DNA from: a virus
DNA: 64,000 nucleotides
Virus record (IMG/VR): IMGVR_UViG_3300032298_001038
Location: 64,001-128,000 of that record
Direction: 5' to 3' (one strand)
The notes beneath the pieces are model-generated. The model was given only the letters and a program-made list of their open reading frames with translations. It was not told where the DNA came from and searched no databases. Of the stretch, positions 47,701 to 56,524 are shown piece by piece. Each line of letters starts with the position of its first letter. The stretch's first letter is position 1. The translations under genes were made by a program, and so were the position numbers.

Positions 47701-47916
47701 TTTTTCGCCCACCGGTAGTTTCTTTTTGTTTTTGACGTTCACAACCGTGGGGTCGTCACCTAGTGCCACGGCGTGAGCAATAAAGTCGGCGCCTGCTGGA
47801 GGCATGCCGACAGAATCAAGCGCAACCATCGGAAACAGGTCGGCGGTTAGTTCCGCCCCTGTGTCGTCGTAAAGTGCGCTGGCATGCCTGTGATTTAAAG
47901 ACACAGCGTGGGCCAT
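44767..47916 (-). CDS. family A DNA polymerase with N-terminal UDG-like and 3'-5' exonuclease domains
   Basis: UDG-like GKIPG..E and HPGYVLR; ExoI VDCEW; ExoIII YGAYD; motif A DLTGAEL, motif B AKNVNFGIPYG, motif C QIHDAIV. Confidence 0.92.
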   Translation of the reverse strand: MAHAVSLNHRHASALYDDTGAELTADLFPMVALDSVGMPPAGADFIAHAVALGDDPTVVNVKNKKKLPVGEKLVHLYRAALYDPAFSMPITLKGGAEIVQFLPGHLMKYGTGDDPVYGPKPARVMIVGKIPGINELSDRSAITGPVMEPLFKALRQCGFNTQDYREWYITHACKFGSPTPDTTAVPAAWIKNCAVLLAQEIRLVKPDYILCLGNEATKAVLNTNASVSDLAGRATPLKTYDADGHEREIRVMSVMHPGYVLRKPEVYEDFCGQLARFKDLVENRETIVEEVDHADIYTEDALRETVDAMLADPDPSANIIAVDCEWHGDYPTEESAYLRTVQISNKDKWARTIVLRHQGGADAFKPNLEAARLQLARLLKSTPERHVRVGGHFFRADLPWLFAFGVDVRPEYAPATDPDDRTHGGWDTSLMYHAVNECAKYGLDVCSMRFTSAPTYWDELNEWRKRYRAENKLKAGDMEGYGDCPAHVLHPYGAYDADVTRRIMMHFYGTNGKDGALARDQHGHDCWLPYWTAHRASLSFLEMEMTGLVIDRTRADELTTLFMNTQERLLAEIRAELNWPDFNPKSQPQLSVALFGEAFSNRYTNPPNVPEGAQLLNLRPVKTTGKRPVLWNEMSWRGVNPDTATPSTDKESLGILGHINPTAAKIRDYKFISQVLQSVLRKPSITDDGDYEVDENGNYSYEKGLVGCVHADGRVRTHFFQTKETGRASSSRPPLQNLSSRRENDYERILGEQYQHPVRSILRVPPGYVGIETDLTGAELAVLAWLSQDADMIEHVRRNLLPESHPDHYDIHSQQAIKTFGISDVEPTKKGLEKAGKKGLRIAAKNVNFGIPYGRGAEALARQCKEEGVDVTADQCQAMIEAYFASYPRTRHFLAECRARSQDPGWLMGPYGRMRRFVPSKDRAIRGEQERQAQNFPIQGGVADAVSIALSNFQRYRDEHPEIDYRIGLQIHDAIVLIVPIEHAEQVYKEVVPKCMIDAVPFYPRRLDGGLIDAGPYRFGSSREVFVHWGETLSDDEAKALGLHWLAEK

Positions 47917-47919
47917 TGT

Positions 47920-48999
47920 TCACTCTAAGAAAGACAAATCAGCCTTGACGTTTACTGCGGAAGCCGCAGCCGAAAGAATGTCACGCAAATCACCCCGCGA
48001 GTAGTCGGCCGGATCGCGTTCGTCCGGCAGCACTACGGGCACGACATGCAAATTGTGTTGACACAACTGCGTGACCACGTGCTCCAACTCCTTTTGGGCG
48101 TCGCAATCTAGCACAACGAAGACCGGCTTTCCAGCCCACGTCGTTGCAATCGTGTTTTCCTGCCAGTAGGACAAAGTTTTACCGAAGATAGACACCCCAG
48201 CCCGCCCAATCCGCCAGACGCTTGGAGCGCCCTCGACAATCACGGCAGTGCGTTCGCGGCAAGCGTTGTCGTAGTTATACAGTGCGCGGCTTTTGCGCCC
48301 CTGCGTGTAGTACTTGGGTTCCTGCTTGCTCGCTGGGTTGCGAGTTAAACGGCCCTGCCACGCCAGCAACTTCCCGTTAAAGAACGACGGAATATAGATT
48401 CGACCGTTCATGATTCGGTAGCGTGTCGTGGCGGCGGTGCAGACGCCGACCTGAAAAACATCTGACAGTTCATTGATATCAAATCCGCGGTCGGTTAAGT
48501 ACTCGACTGCGGGGTGTTGCGCCGGCAAATCTTTCAGCGGAATGATTTCACCGGGAACATCAATCGTTTCCGGGGCTATCGACAAATCGCCGGAGCGAAT
48601 CGCCATTTTGCGGTTCGCCCATTTGCCGGGGCCAAAAATCATGTCTTCTAATTGTTCCGCTCGGCCCGGGGTCGCTATGCAGCCGTTTTTGTAGCATGTC
48701 GCGAGAAACGTGTCAGTCCGTCTGCCGGTTCGCTGATCGTAATCTGCGCCGTACAGATGATTAATCCACAACTTGTTGCCGACATCGTTACAGAACGGGC
48801 AGTTCACGCAGTAGTATTCGCCCCACCAGTGCGCTTGGGTGATAATGCGCCCGGGACGGAGCGGGTCTGGAAACCGCTGGATATTCGCCGATGATCCGGC
48901 GTTTGCGATCTTCACTTCGCCAAACTTGTGTTCCAGCAGCGCATACAAGTTGGGGTTTAACGGATTTACTCTAGGCATTGACGAGTGTGTCATTGCCAT
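47920..48999 (-). CDS. DnaG-like primase (Zn finger plus TOPRIM)
   Basis: CVNCPFC, RIYIP, VIVEG, VLDCDA, DPAD. Confidence 0.88.
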   Translation of the reverse strand: MAMTHSSMPRVNPLNPNLYALLEHKFGEVKIANAGSSANIQRFPDPLRPGRIITQAHWWGEYYCVNCPFCNDVGNKLWINHLYGADYDQRTGRRTDTFLATCYKNGCIATPGRAEQLEDMIFGPGKWANRKMAIRSGDLSIAPETIDVPGEIIPLKDLPAQHPAVEYLTDRGFDINELSDVFQVGVCTAATTRYRIMNGRIYIPSFFNGKLLAWQGRLTRNPASKQEPKYYTQGRKSRALYNYDNACRERTAVIVEGAPSVWRIGRAGVSIFGKTLSYWQENTIATTWAGKPVFVVLDCDAQKELEHVVTQLCQHNLHVVPVVLPDERDPADYSRGDLRDILSAAASAVNVKADLSFLE

Positions 49000-49007
49000 A
49001 AAAACTC

Positions 49008-50705
49008 CTACAGCATGTCGCTTCCGAACGTATCAATGTTTGGCATCACGCGGCGGCGCTGAACATCGCCCGGCGCCACAACGACGTTGTTGTGTGACGT
49101 CGGAGCCGTGTCATCGCGACGCATGATCTTTTTGCCTAATTCATTGACGTAATATTCGTCGTCGACCGATCGTACATCGACAACGTTTTCATCTATCTGA
49201 ACCAGCCCGTACGGTGACGCTGGCCGCCCGAAACGAATCTTCGACCAGTTGATCGTCGACACGCGCGATTCCGGATCGGGCCGGTTGAGGCAGATGCAGG
49301 CGTGCAAATTCTCGGCAAAGGCTTTTGAACCCTGCGCGTCAAAATGCGTCACGTGCCGATAAGGCGGGATGTTCTTGATGTCGCTACCCGCCAACTGATG
49401 CGCCAAGAAAATCGCGCACTGGAACGGGATAGCAACCGCAGTCTTCAACTCGTCGGGCAACATTTGCAACTGTCGCCAAATCTGTTCTTGGTACTTTGTC
49501 GCTGTGTTCTGCGCCATTTCACGATTGAGCATGATGCTGGCATAGTCGATGCACACCACGCCAATCTGCATCCCAGTCTGCGCGACGAGGTTTTCCAGCG
49601 TGGCCACGATTTCGTGGACGCCGCCGTTGCCGCGACCGCCGGTGTCCGGGTTTGCTGAAAAATCGAGAAACACAAAGTTTGAGTTGTACCACTGCTGCAC
49701 CGCAGACCAACGGTCCCGCTCGCACAACAGGATTTCAGAATTTGCGTTAACTGGAATGTGCCGCTCGTACGGTTTCAATGTCTCGCGCGTCGACAGCCCA
49801 GCCCACACCTCTTCGGACGACTTGTTGATAAACGCCGCACGTTCGATGTGCGCCGCGGCAGAGTAGAACGTGTAGTTCAACTTTTGCGCGCCGTCCTCGT
49901 AGCAGATGTAAACCGCCAGTTTGTTCTGGTTGTTCGCCGCATACTGCTGGGCCATCCGAATTGCGACGGTGGTAAGCATGGTGGTCTTTCCGCCGGCATA
50001 CGGGCCAAGCATGCCGATCACGTCGCCCTCGCGAAAGCCGCTTATAAAGTTATCAATCCACGCAATCGTGGTGGGTTCAAACTTGGGCGGCAAAACAAGT
50101 TCGTCGCCGAAATCGGGCATGACGGCGGAATTCACCGCCTCGTTGCCGAGAAATTTAATCGCCTGCGCTTGCGTGTTAAACTCTGACAACAACTGCTGGA
50201 ACTCCAGCGGCGACGTGTTGTCGTTGCTCTGCCCGATCAACGTTCTGAGCCGTTGCTTCAAAAACCGAGCATTTAAAAACCGACGAATAATGTTTGTGAC
50301 GTACGTTCGTTCGGCTCTGTGCTCCGCAGGTTCTAGTTCGCGGGCCGGCGGCGCAAAGGCAAAATCAATAAAACCTTCCGCTTCGGGGCTTTCACCAAAG
50401 AGGAAGTCCGCTTCGTTCGGCCCCATCGCAATCGTATGCAATTGCGACATCGATTCGATTTCGGACAAGAACATGTCCTTCGTCACGACTCCGTGCCGGT
50501 CGTGCAGGCTGACGTAGATCAGCATGAACAGGTGCAGACCCTGCTCGTCTGCCCCGTTGAATAGCGCTGGCGCAAAACTCACCCGTAACGCCGACTTAAG
50601 CAGGCTTGGAAACCGGATCAAACCCCGCACAAGTGCTTTGATTTCGGCGAACGTGAGGGCGATATCGTCAGTGGGTGTGTCGTTGAATCTTCCATAACTA
50701 GGCAT
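49008..50705 (-). CDS. DnaB-like (SF4) replicative helicase
   Basis: GPYAGGKT, YEDG, CIDY, AHQL, GSKAF; start trimmed to the ATG after GGAGG. Confidence 0.85.
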   Translation of the reverse strand: MPSYGRFNDTPTDDIALTFAEIKALVRGLIRFPSLLKSALRVSFAPALFNGADEQGLHLFMLIYVSLHDRHGVVTKDMFLSEIESMSQLHTIAMGPNEADFLFGESPEAEGFIDFAFAPPARELEPAEHRAERTYVTNIIRRFLNARFLKQRLRTLIGQSNDNTSPLEFQQLLSEFNTQAQAIKFLGNEAVNSAVMPDFGDELVLPPKFEPTTIAWIDNFISGFREGDVIGMLGPYAGGKTTMLTTVAIRMAQQYAANNQNKLAVYICYEDGAQKLNYTFYSAAAHIERAAFINKSSEEVWAGLSTRETLKPYERHIPVNANSEILLCERDRWSAVQQWYNSNFVFLDFSANPDTGGRGNGGVHEIVATLENLVAQTGMQIGVVCIDYASIMLNREMAQNTATKYQEQIWRQLQMLPDELKTAVAIPFQCAIFLAHQLAGSDIKNIPPYRHVTHFDAQGSKAFAENLHACICLNRPDPESRVSTINWSKIRFGRPASPYGLVQIDENVVDVRSVDDEYYVNELGKKIMRRDDTAPTSHNNVVVAPGDVQRRRVMPNIDTFGSDML

Positions 50706-51450
50706 ACCGCCTCCAATGCTTCCGAATACCTGCGACAAACTTTTTTAGACTGGGCGGGACAAACCAATCGAGTTCCGGGTTGGCCTCAATGAACTTGTCG
50801 TATAGCGCTTGTTTCGTTTCGTACTCTATCGCAGCAGGCCAGATAAACTTGTTTACAGCCCGCTGGCACTGCAATTCAGCCGCAAAGGCGTGCCGCAAAA
50901 ACGGCGGCGCATTTACGTGAGACTTGTCGCACAGTACGAGCAGCACCTGATCGTCTTCAGGCAGATTAAACGCCTCAGTGATTGCGTAACGAGTAGAAAT
51001 AGACGCCTCAGCCGAAGCATATTGTTGTTGAACCTGCGTGTCAAAGGTTCGTAAATAATCGTTGTAAACATCAAACGAAATTGGACTGCTAAGAATTTCC
51101 GGCTTGTTGTTAATAACATTTTTGCCGGCTGCGATCCTCGCTGCGTGCAGTGACGGCGAGAAGTGCGCGGCAACCCAAATACCCGGGCTGGCGTCGTGAC
51201 GCTTGATCAGCGGTACGATTTTGCTCCAAACCGATTTGTGGTTGGTGCCGTACCTGTCGCGCCCGCCGTCCCAGTGCGGCCGATCAATTGTGTGGGCGTC
51301 TGCGTCCCAGTCGATCGTGCCTTCGCAAAAATAGATAAACAAGTAGCGCACGTAAGCCGCTAGTTGTTTGTCGCTCAATTGCCGATACCACTCCGGATCA
51401 AGCGGTGGTCCGTTATCGGTCTTTTGTTCGCCAACTCCTTGCGGCATCAT
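50698..51450 (-). CDS. hypothetical protein in the replication operon
   Basis: 250-aa ORF between the two helicases. Confidence 0.7.
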   Translation of the reverse strand: MMPQGVGEQKTDNGPPLDPEWYRQLSDKQLAAYVRYLFIYFCEGTIDWDADAHTIDRPHWDGGRDRYGTNHKSVWSKIVPLIKRHDASPGIWVAAHFSPSLHAARIAAGKNVINNKPEILSSPISFDVYNDYLRTFDTQVQQQYASAEASISTRYAITEAFNLPEDDQVLLVLCDKSHVNAPPFLRHAFAAELQCQRAVNKFIWPAAIEYETKQALYDKFIEANPELDWFVPPSLKKFVAGIRKHWRRYA

Positions 51451-52945
51451 TCCAATCTTGCTCCCATCCCAACAGTTTGTAACTATCGCGGCGGCCGGTG
51501 CTCTTGCGATAGAACGTCGGGTCGAATGTGTCCATACAGTCGATAACTTCGCCGAACTCTTTCTTGACCCCGTCAGGTGATGTGTAAGTTCGACTTACGC
51601 GCCCCGGCCCCTGTACGTCCACGATGTCGCTGTCGCGGTCGTCGGCCCGTACAAGAACGTTTAACTGCTCAAAGTCAACGCCGGTCGACCACACGTCGGT
51701 GGCGATGACGCGTCGCAAAGCGCCGCTTTCAAACGCAGATCGCATATCGTGCTTTTGTACGTCTGTAAGCGGTTTATAGTCTTGCGGCAAAAGTTTAAGC
51801 CGCTTGTACGCTGTGCAATCGTACGGCGCCATCTGCGAATACATGAGTGTGAATTCGGGCAGAAGCGAACCAAGATGCACCGCATGTTCAATGGTCTCAA
51901 CCAGAATGAGAATCTGGTAGTCTTCGGGGTATTCGCGCACAGCGTCGGCGATAAGGCTGTTGCGGGCGTGATTCGTCCAGATGCCGTAGCGCTTGCGCGC
52001 GACGCGGTGCTTGTACCTCTCCGCGGGGTTGTGTGTCAAGCGGATTGGCAGCCAGCGCACTTTGACCGGCACCACGAGGCCCAGTTCGACCGCTTGCTGG
52101 TACGGGAGGTCGAAGATCATCGGCCCGAACAGCGGCTCCAAAATCGCGTGAGCGTTGTCCATGCGCGCATACGGCGTGGCAGACATGCCGAAGTTGCGGC
52201 TGTTTCTATACCGCGCCGCCAACGCCGTCGAAAAGTTAATTGTGGCAAGTTGGTGAACTTCATCGGCAAACATGAAGTCTGCTTCGCCGTCAGCGTGTTG
52301 CAGGCTTCCAGCCGTAATGACGGTGACTCGCTCGCGCTGTTTCCACCCGTCACCGATCATGCCCACCTTCGGTACAAACCGCCGGAGGCTGCGCACGATA
52401 CGCTCCGCCACGTCGACGGACTTGGTGACTACGTCGATGCGGGCGTCTGGAAACAATTGCGAGGCGGCGCCAATCAGGGTCGTCTTGCCGAAGCCCGTCA
52501 CGGCTTTGATGATGCCGCACGGAACACGCGAAATTAGTCGCAGGCATTCTTCCTGTCGAGCGCGGAACTCGATCTTGCCGGACAGGTTCTCCCACCGCGG
52601 CACATAACAATCGGGGCGTTTGCGTTGCGGAGACGAATCGATAATGGTCAGCGCGCAGCCCAGTTTCTTGAGCCTGTTAACCATGCGCGCCATGTAGCCG
52701 CTGAGCAGCACAACATGACCGTTTTCAACGCGATACAGTTTGTACTCGCGCGTTTGAAAGAAAATCCGCTGCCCAGTAATCGGATTCTTGCGAGACTGCC
52801 CATGAAGTTGTTCGACGTGCTCGTAGCGGAGGTCTTTCGTCAGCCGAGTGGTCAGTTCTGGATTCAGGGCAGTTCCGCCGGCGCCCGTAATCTTGAGCAC
52901 GTTTCCGGTGCGGTTAATAACCACCGGATATCCAGCGAAATTCAT
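51413..52945 (-). CDS. SF2 helicase (UvsW/XPB-like)
   Basis: AVTGFGKT, ADEVH, GMSATP, STGVDF, QGPGRVSR. Confidence 0.88.
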   Translation of the reverse strand: MNFAGYPVVINRTGNVLKITGAGGTALNPELTTRLTKDLRYEHVEQLHGQSRKNPITGQRIFFQTREYKLYRVENGHVVLLSGYMARMVNRLKKLGCALTIIDSSPQRKRPDCYVPRWENLSGKIEFRARQEECLRLISRVPCGIIKAVTGFGKTTLIGAASQLFPDARIDVVTKSVDVAERIVRSLRRFVPKVGMIGDGWKQRERVTVITAGSLQHADGEADFMFADEVHQLATINFSTALAARYRNSRNFGMSATPYARMDNAHAILEPLFGPMIFDLPYQQAVELGLVVPVKVRWLPIRLTHNPAERYKHRVARKRYGIWTNHARNSLIADAVREYPEDYQILILVETIEHAVHLGSLLPEFTLMYSQMAPYDCTAYKRLKLLPQDYKPLTDVQKHDMRSAFESGALRRVIATDVWSTGVDFEQLNVLVRADDRDSDIVDVQGPGRVSRTYTSPDGVKKEFGEVIDCMDTFDPTFYRKSTGRRDSYKLLGWEQDWNDAARSWRTKDR

Positions 52946-52946
52946 G

Positions 52947-53444
52947 TTAGTCGCTTCCCGGGCCTGCGACTGGTTCGATTGATATGACTTCAAATGTCCC
53001 ATATTTATCTTGTGCGTTGTTAAATGGCGAAAATCCTCTGTACTTGCCGATGAGTGTGAGCAAGTGGTTGAAGTCCGCCAATGATATCTCATCGGGGAGC
53101 ACGGCGGAAACGACTACCGTGTCCCCCGGGCGAAACGCCTCATGCAGCGCGTAGTGACTGCGCATACCGTCGTTGTTTTGATTCGGTGTCAGGATCGTTC
53201 GACGCCAGTCATTGCGCGGCTCGCCGACAATCACAGGACACCAATCAATCTTTTTGACCTCCGAATGGTGACGATTAGCGATCTTCGCCGCGTGACGCAT
53301 GCAGGCCAACCACGCTGACGACATGAACATTACGCGGTCACTCGGGTCGCGCTCGAAGCAGAATATGACCTGTCCGTGCCGCCGCTTTTTAGCCGCACCA
53401 AGGCATACGCGATTGAAGCGAATTGTGACCGTAATTTCTTGCAT
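52947..53444 (-). CDS. second RAMP (Cas7/Cas5-like) protein, minimal
   Basis: ITVTIRF...LG N-terminal strand; HEAFRPG; C-terminal LIGKYRGFSPF...YGTFEV G-loop. Confidence 0.55.
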   Translation of the reverse strand: MQEITVTIRFNRVCLGAAKKRRHGQVIFCFERDPSDRVMFMSSAWLACMRHAAKIANRHHSEVKKIDWCPVIVGEPRNDWRRTILTPNQNNDGMRSHYALHEAFRPGDTVVVSAVLPDEISLADFNHLLTLIGKYRGFSPFNNAQDKYGTFEVISIEPVAGPGSD

Positions 53445-53445
53445 G

Positions 53446-54387
53446 CTATTTCTTTGGCGGATTCATGTGGTATTCGTACGACCCACATTCCGCCGGCGTC
53501 TTGAAAAACAGGTTTGGCGCAAACAGCCCGTCGCGCGCACCCTTGCGGTTTTCCAGCCCTGACAGCCAGTTGTCGTTGACGTAACGAATAAACGCTTGTG
53601 ATGCCCGTAAGTCGCCCTTTGGGCCACTTCCCGCCGCCTGATGAATGCGATACAAAAAGTTAGCCGGGTTTTTTAAATCGACGCGCCCTACCGGCTGCGT
53701 CTTCCAACTATTCAAAACAGAAGCGCAACGAAACTCGCGCGCCTTGGTCAGCAGTTTTTTGCTATTTGAAACTTTTTGCTGGATTGCCGGCGTAAGGCCG
53801 AGAAACAGTTCAAGTTTCTTGATACGTTCCGGCCGGCGGCGATCGATATACCACCGCGGGTCGACAATGTAGATGAGCATCTTGGCCGCGGACGCCGGAT
53901 CAAGCGTAGGGATAAAACCTAGCGCTTTGTGCGCGGGATGCATCTGGAAATACTGCTGGACGGATTCGTCGTAGTCGTAATTCGTGCGCAGCATCCGCGC
54001 AAGCATCGCGTACGCCGGGTAGTCGTGCATTGTTAATTGATGCCAACCGCCGCACGCGGGGGCTACAGTAGCCGTCCGCATGCGTTGCAAGACCAGTTCC
54101 GGACTGCTCAGTTCATACTGGCTGTCCAGAATGTTCGGTCCGGCAATTTCAACCGACCGGACTTCGCCCCTGTATCGGCGATGGTAGAGCGCACAAATTA
54201 GTTCTGCATTTTGTTTAACGCCCAGCACGCGGAACGTCAGTCCAATTCCAGAAACAATAGGCGACAACAAAAAACTGTCGGCTATCTGTTCTGAGTTTTT
54301 TACAGAACTAATACCGCGGGCGTACCAGACTTTGCCGTCATCCGCAGTGTGAAGTTTAATAATATTTTCATCCTGCGGTACGAACAT
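53446..54387 (-). CDS. IS110-transposase/Nop-domain-like protein
   Basis: HPAHKALGFIPTLDPASAAKMLIYIVDPRWY...KKLELFLGL resembles the Transposase_20/Nop core. Confidence 0.55.
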   Translation of the reverse strand: MFVPQDENIIKLHTADDGKVWYARGISSVKNSEQIADSFLLSPIVSGIGLTFRVLGVKQNAELICALYHRRYRGEVRSVEIAGPNILDSQYELSSPELVLQRMRTATVAPACGGWHQLTMHDYPAYAMLARMLRTNYDYDESVQQYFQMHPAHKALGFIPTLDPASAAKMLIYIVDPRWYIDRRRPERIKKLELFLGLTPAIQQKVSNSKKLLTKAREFRCASVLNSWKTQPVGRVDLKNPANFLYRIHQAAGSGPKGDLRASQAFIRYVNDNWLSGLENRKGARDGLFAPNLFFKTPAECGSYEYHMNPPKK

Positions 54388-56524
54388 TGCGCAACTCCGG
54401 CGGTTCCAACTCGATAGTTGATTCAAACAAATGCGACAGGCTTGAAGCGTGGGTTACAAGTAGACATTGTAACCCTTTTGCTGTCGAGAGGTCTCTTAAC
54501 TTTTCGAGCACGGGCGCTAACGCTTGGATGCGCGGTTGATCCAACGACGCAGTCGGCTCATCCAAAGCGAGTAGACCGATCTCTTCTGCAAACATCGCGT
54601 TGACGGCGACTCGAAACGCAAGTGCCAAGACTGTCTTTTGTCCAATGGACAATCGTTGCGCGGGTTGTCGTCGACCATCGTAAAACTCGGCGATAAAGTT
54701 TGGGGCACCATCTCCGGCCACTCTTACCTGAAAGTTTACACTGAATATCTGCAACAATTCATTAATAGCCGTTTCCAGCCGCTGCAAATTTCGCTGGGCA
54801 ACAATCCGGGGCGCATTTTTCAAGGCCTCCCGGGCTTGCTCAGCCAAAGTCGACCACTTACGCAGTTTAACAGCGTCACTTTCTTGCTTAACTGCCGCTT
54901 CGTATTGCTCCTGTAGCCGCCGGTGGTCTGCGGTCAATTCAATCTTTTGCCGTTCGAGAACCTGCCTGTTTGAGCACTGCGTCCGCAGTTCGGTCAGCCG
55001 CGCCGTCGCCAAGTGGGCGTCGGCTTCGGTTGTCGTGATGGCTTTGATATCTTCAGCCAACTTTTCCATGCGCTCACGAACAGCGGTTACCGCGCCGTTC
55101 AGTTTGGCGATGTGCTCGCGAGTCTTTTGCATCAGCGGCGCCAACTCATTCTGGGCCGCTTCAAAATCCTCGTAGTCAGAGACCGCCTGCTGAAGTTCCT
55201 CTTCGGTAGATTCCGGCGGCTTGACAATTGTCAGGTCGCGCTCGGAGTCGTCGAGATGGCGTTCGCGGGCAGTCAATTTCTCGTTTAACGTTTCCCACTG
55301 GCTGCGGAGTTTTTCTGCCGCGGCGGCGTTTGCCACCGCAGTTTGAAGTTCAGATAACTGTTCACGCAATTTAGGAATTTGCGCCTGTTGCTCACTAACC
55401 TGCGACGCTAATTGGGATGAGGGGGTGTGGCAAGTGGGACACTCGACCACGCCGGCCTCAGTAAACATGGCAACGAACCGTTCGGCGTCTTTGATTTGAC
55501 GTTGCACTGCCTCCACATTCCGCTGCCAATCGGCAGCCGACTGGCCACTTGGGGTTGGCGGTTCTGGATTCCTAGCGCGCTCTTCAGCAATCTCGTCGCG
55601 CTGCGATTGAATCTTGGTCTTAACCTTTGCAATGTTCTTGTAGTTTTCCCAATGACCTAGCGCAATCTTGGCTTCACGATGATTGGCTTCTTTACCGTTG
55701 ATAGCCGCCGAGAATGCGTCTAGGTCTTTTTCGTACTGTCGACAGGTTTCTTCCGACTCTTCAATTTCACGCTCGTACTCAGTTGCTTGCTGGGTTAGCC
55801 GTTGCAGTTCTGCGCCTGCTTTTTCTCGGGCTTCCCATTGCTGGATAAGTTTCTGATCACGCTCCTGTACCTGTAGAAAGGCATCGAGTGACGGCAGTTT
55901 TTTGATCTGGTCCGTCAGGTCGTCGATTTGTTTGGTGATCTCCGCTTGTTCCAGAAGTATTTGCGAACTGGACTTTACGATTTCAGGCACGTTGAGTTTC
56001 AGCAGCCCTTTGCCAATTACGTCTTGGCACTTGTCGGCTTTTGACGTATTGAACAGCCGCTGAAAAAACTTGTCCGTGTCCGTCTGGTTGTCGTCAATAA
56101 ATGAGAATATTTCGGTCTGGGAGACGATGATAAACCGGCTGATGAACTTGGCGTCCACACCCAGCAGTTTTTCGACCCCAGCCGTTACCGCCTTATCCCC
56201 GCGCGCAACTTCCTTGCCGTCAACAGTCAAAATAGACTGCTCTTTCTCCGGCAGCAGGTATCGCGTCACGACGGCAATGTGGCCGTTGTGCTCGAACTCA
56301 AGGGTCGCGTAGGACGGCTCACCTTCCTTGGCGTACTGGCTGATGTTGTCAGCCTTCACGCCGAAGTTGGGATTCTCGCCCGTAAGGAGCCAGCGGATGG
56401 CACCGAAAAGACTGCTTTTGCCAGAACCGTTTTCACCAAGAATGGCAACGAGGCCGCGTGTAAATTCACACGTCCGCTGTCGATGGTGAACCCAGTTCCT
56501 CACTTCCAGTTTCAGAAGTTGCAT
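54368..56524 (-). CDS. SbcC/Rad50-like ATPase
   Basis: GENGSGKSS, SQTE Q-loop, coiled coil with CPTC hook, LSIGQ signature, LDEPT. Confidence 0.92.
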   Translation of the reverse strand: MQLLKLEVRNWVHHRQRTCEFTRGLVAILGENGSGKSSLFGAIRWLLTGENPNFGVKADNISQYAKEGEPSYATLEFEHNGHIAVVTRYLLPEKEQSILTVDGKEVARGDKAVTAGVEKLLGVDAKFISRFIIVSQTEIFSFIDDNQTDTDKFFQRLFNTSKADKCQDVIGKGLLKLNVPEIVKSSSQILLEQAEITKQIDDLTDQIKKLPSLDAFLQVQERDQKLIQQWEAREKAGAELQRLTQQATEYEREIEESEETCRQYEKDLDAFSAAINGKEANHREAKIALGHWENYKNIAKVKTKIQSQRDEIAEERARNPEPPTPSGQSAADWQRNVEAVQRQIKDAERFVAMFTEAGVVECPTCHTPSSQLASQVSEQQAQIPKLREQLSELQTAVANAAAAEKLRSQWETLNEKLTARERHLDDSERDLTIVKPPESTEEELQQAVSDYEDFEAAQNELAPLMQKTREHIAKLNGAVTAVRERMEKLAEDIKAITTTEADAHLATARLTELRTQCSNRQVLERQKIELTADHRRLQEQYEAAVKQESDAVKLRKWSTLAEQAREALKNAPRIVAQRNLQRLETAINELLQIFSVNFQVRVAGDGAPNFIAEFYDGRRQPAQRLSIGQKTVLALAFRVAVNAMFAEEIGLLALDEPTASLDQPRIQALAPVLEKLRDLSTAKGLQCLLVTHASSLSHLFESTIELEPPELRNVRTAG

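Noticed and set aside
53446-54387. Active IS110 insertion sequence or TIGR array locus
   Set aside because: The gene overlaps or abuts its neighbours, leaving no non-coding ends or array space. No catalytic DEDD tetrad is evident, and no 36-nt TIGR-type repeats were seen in the window.
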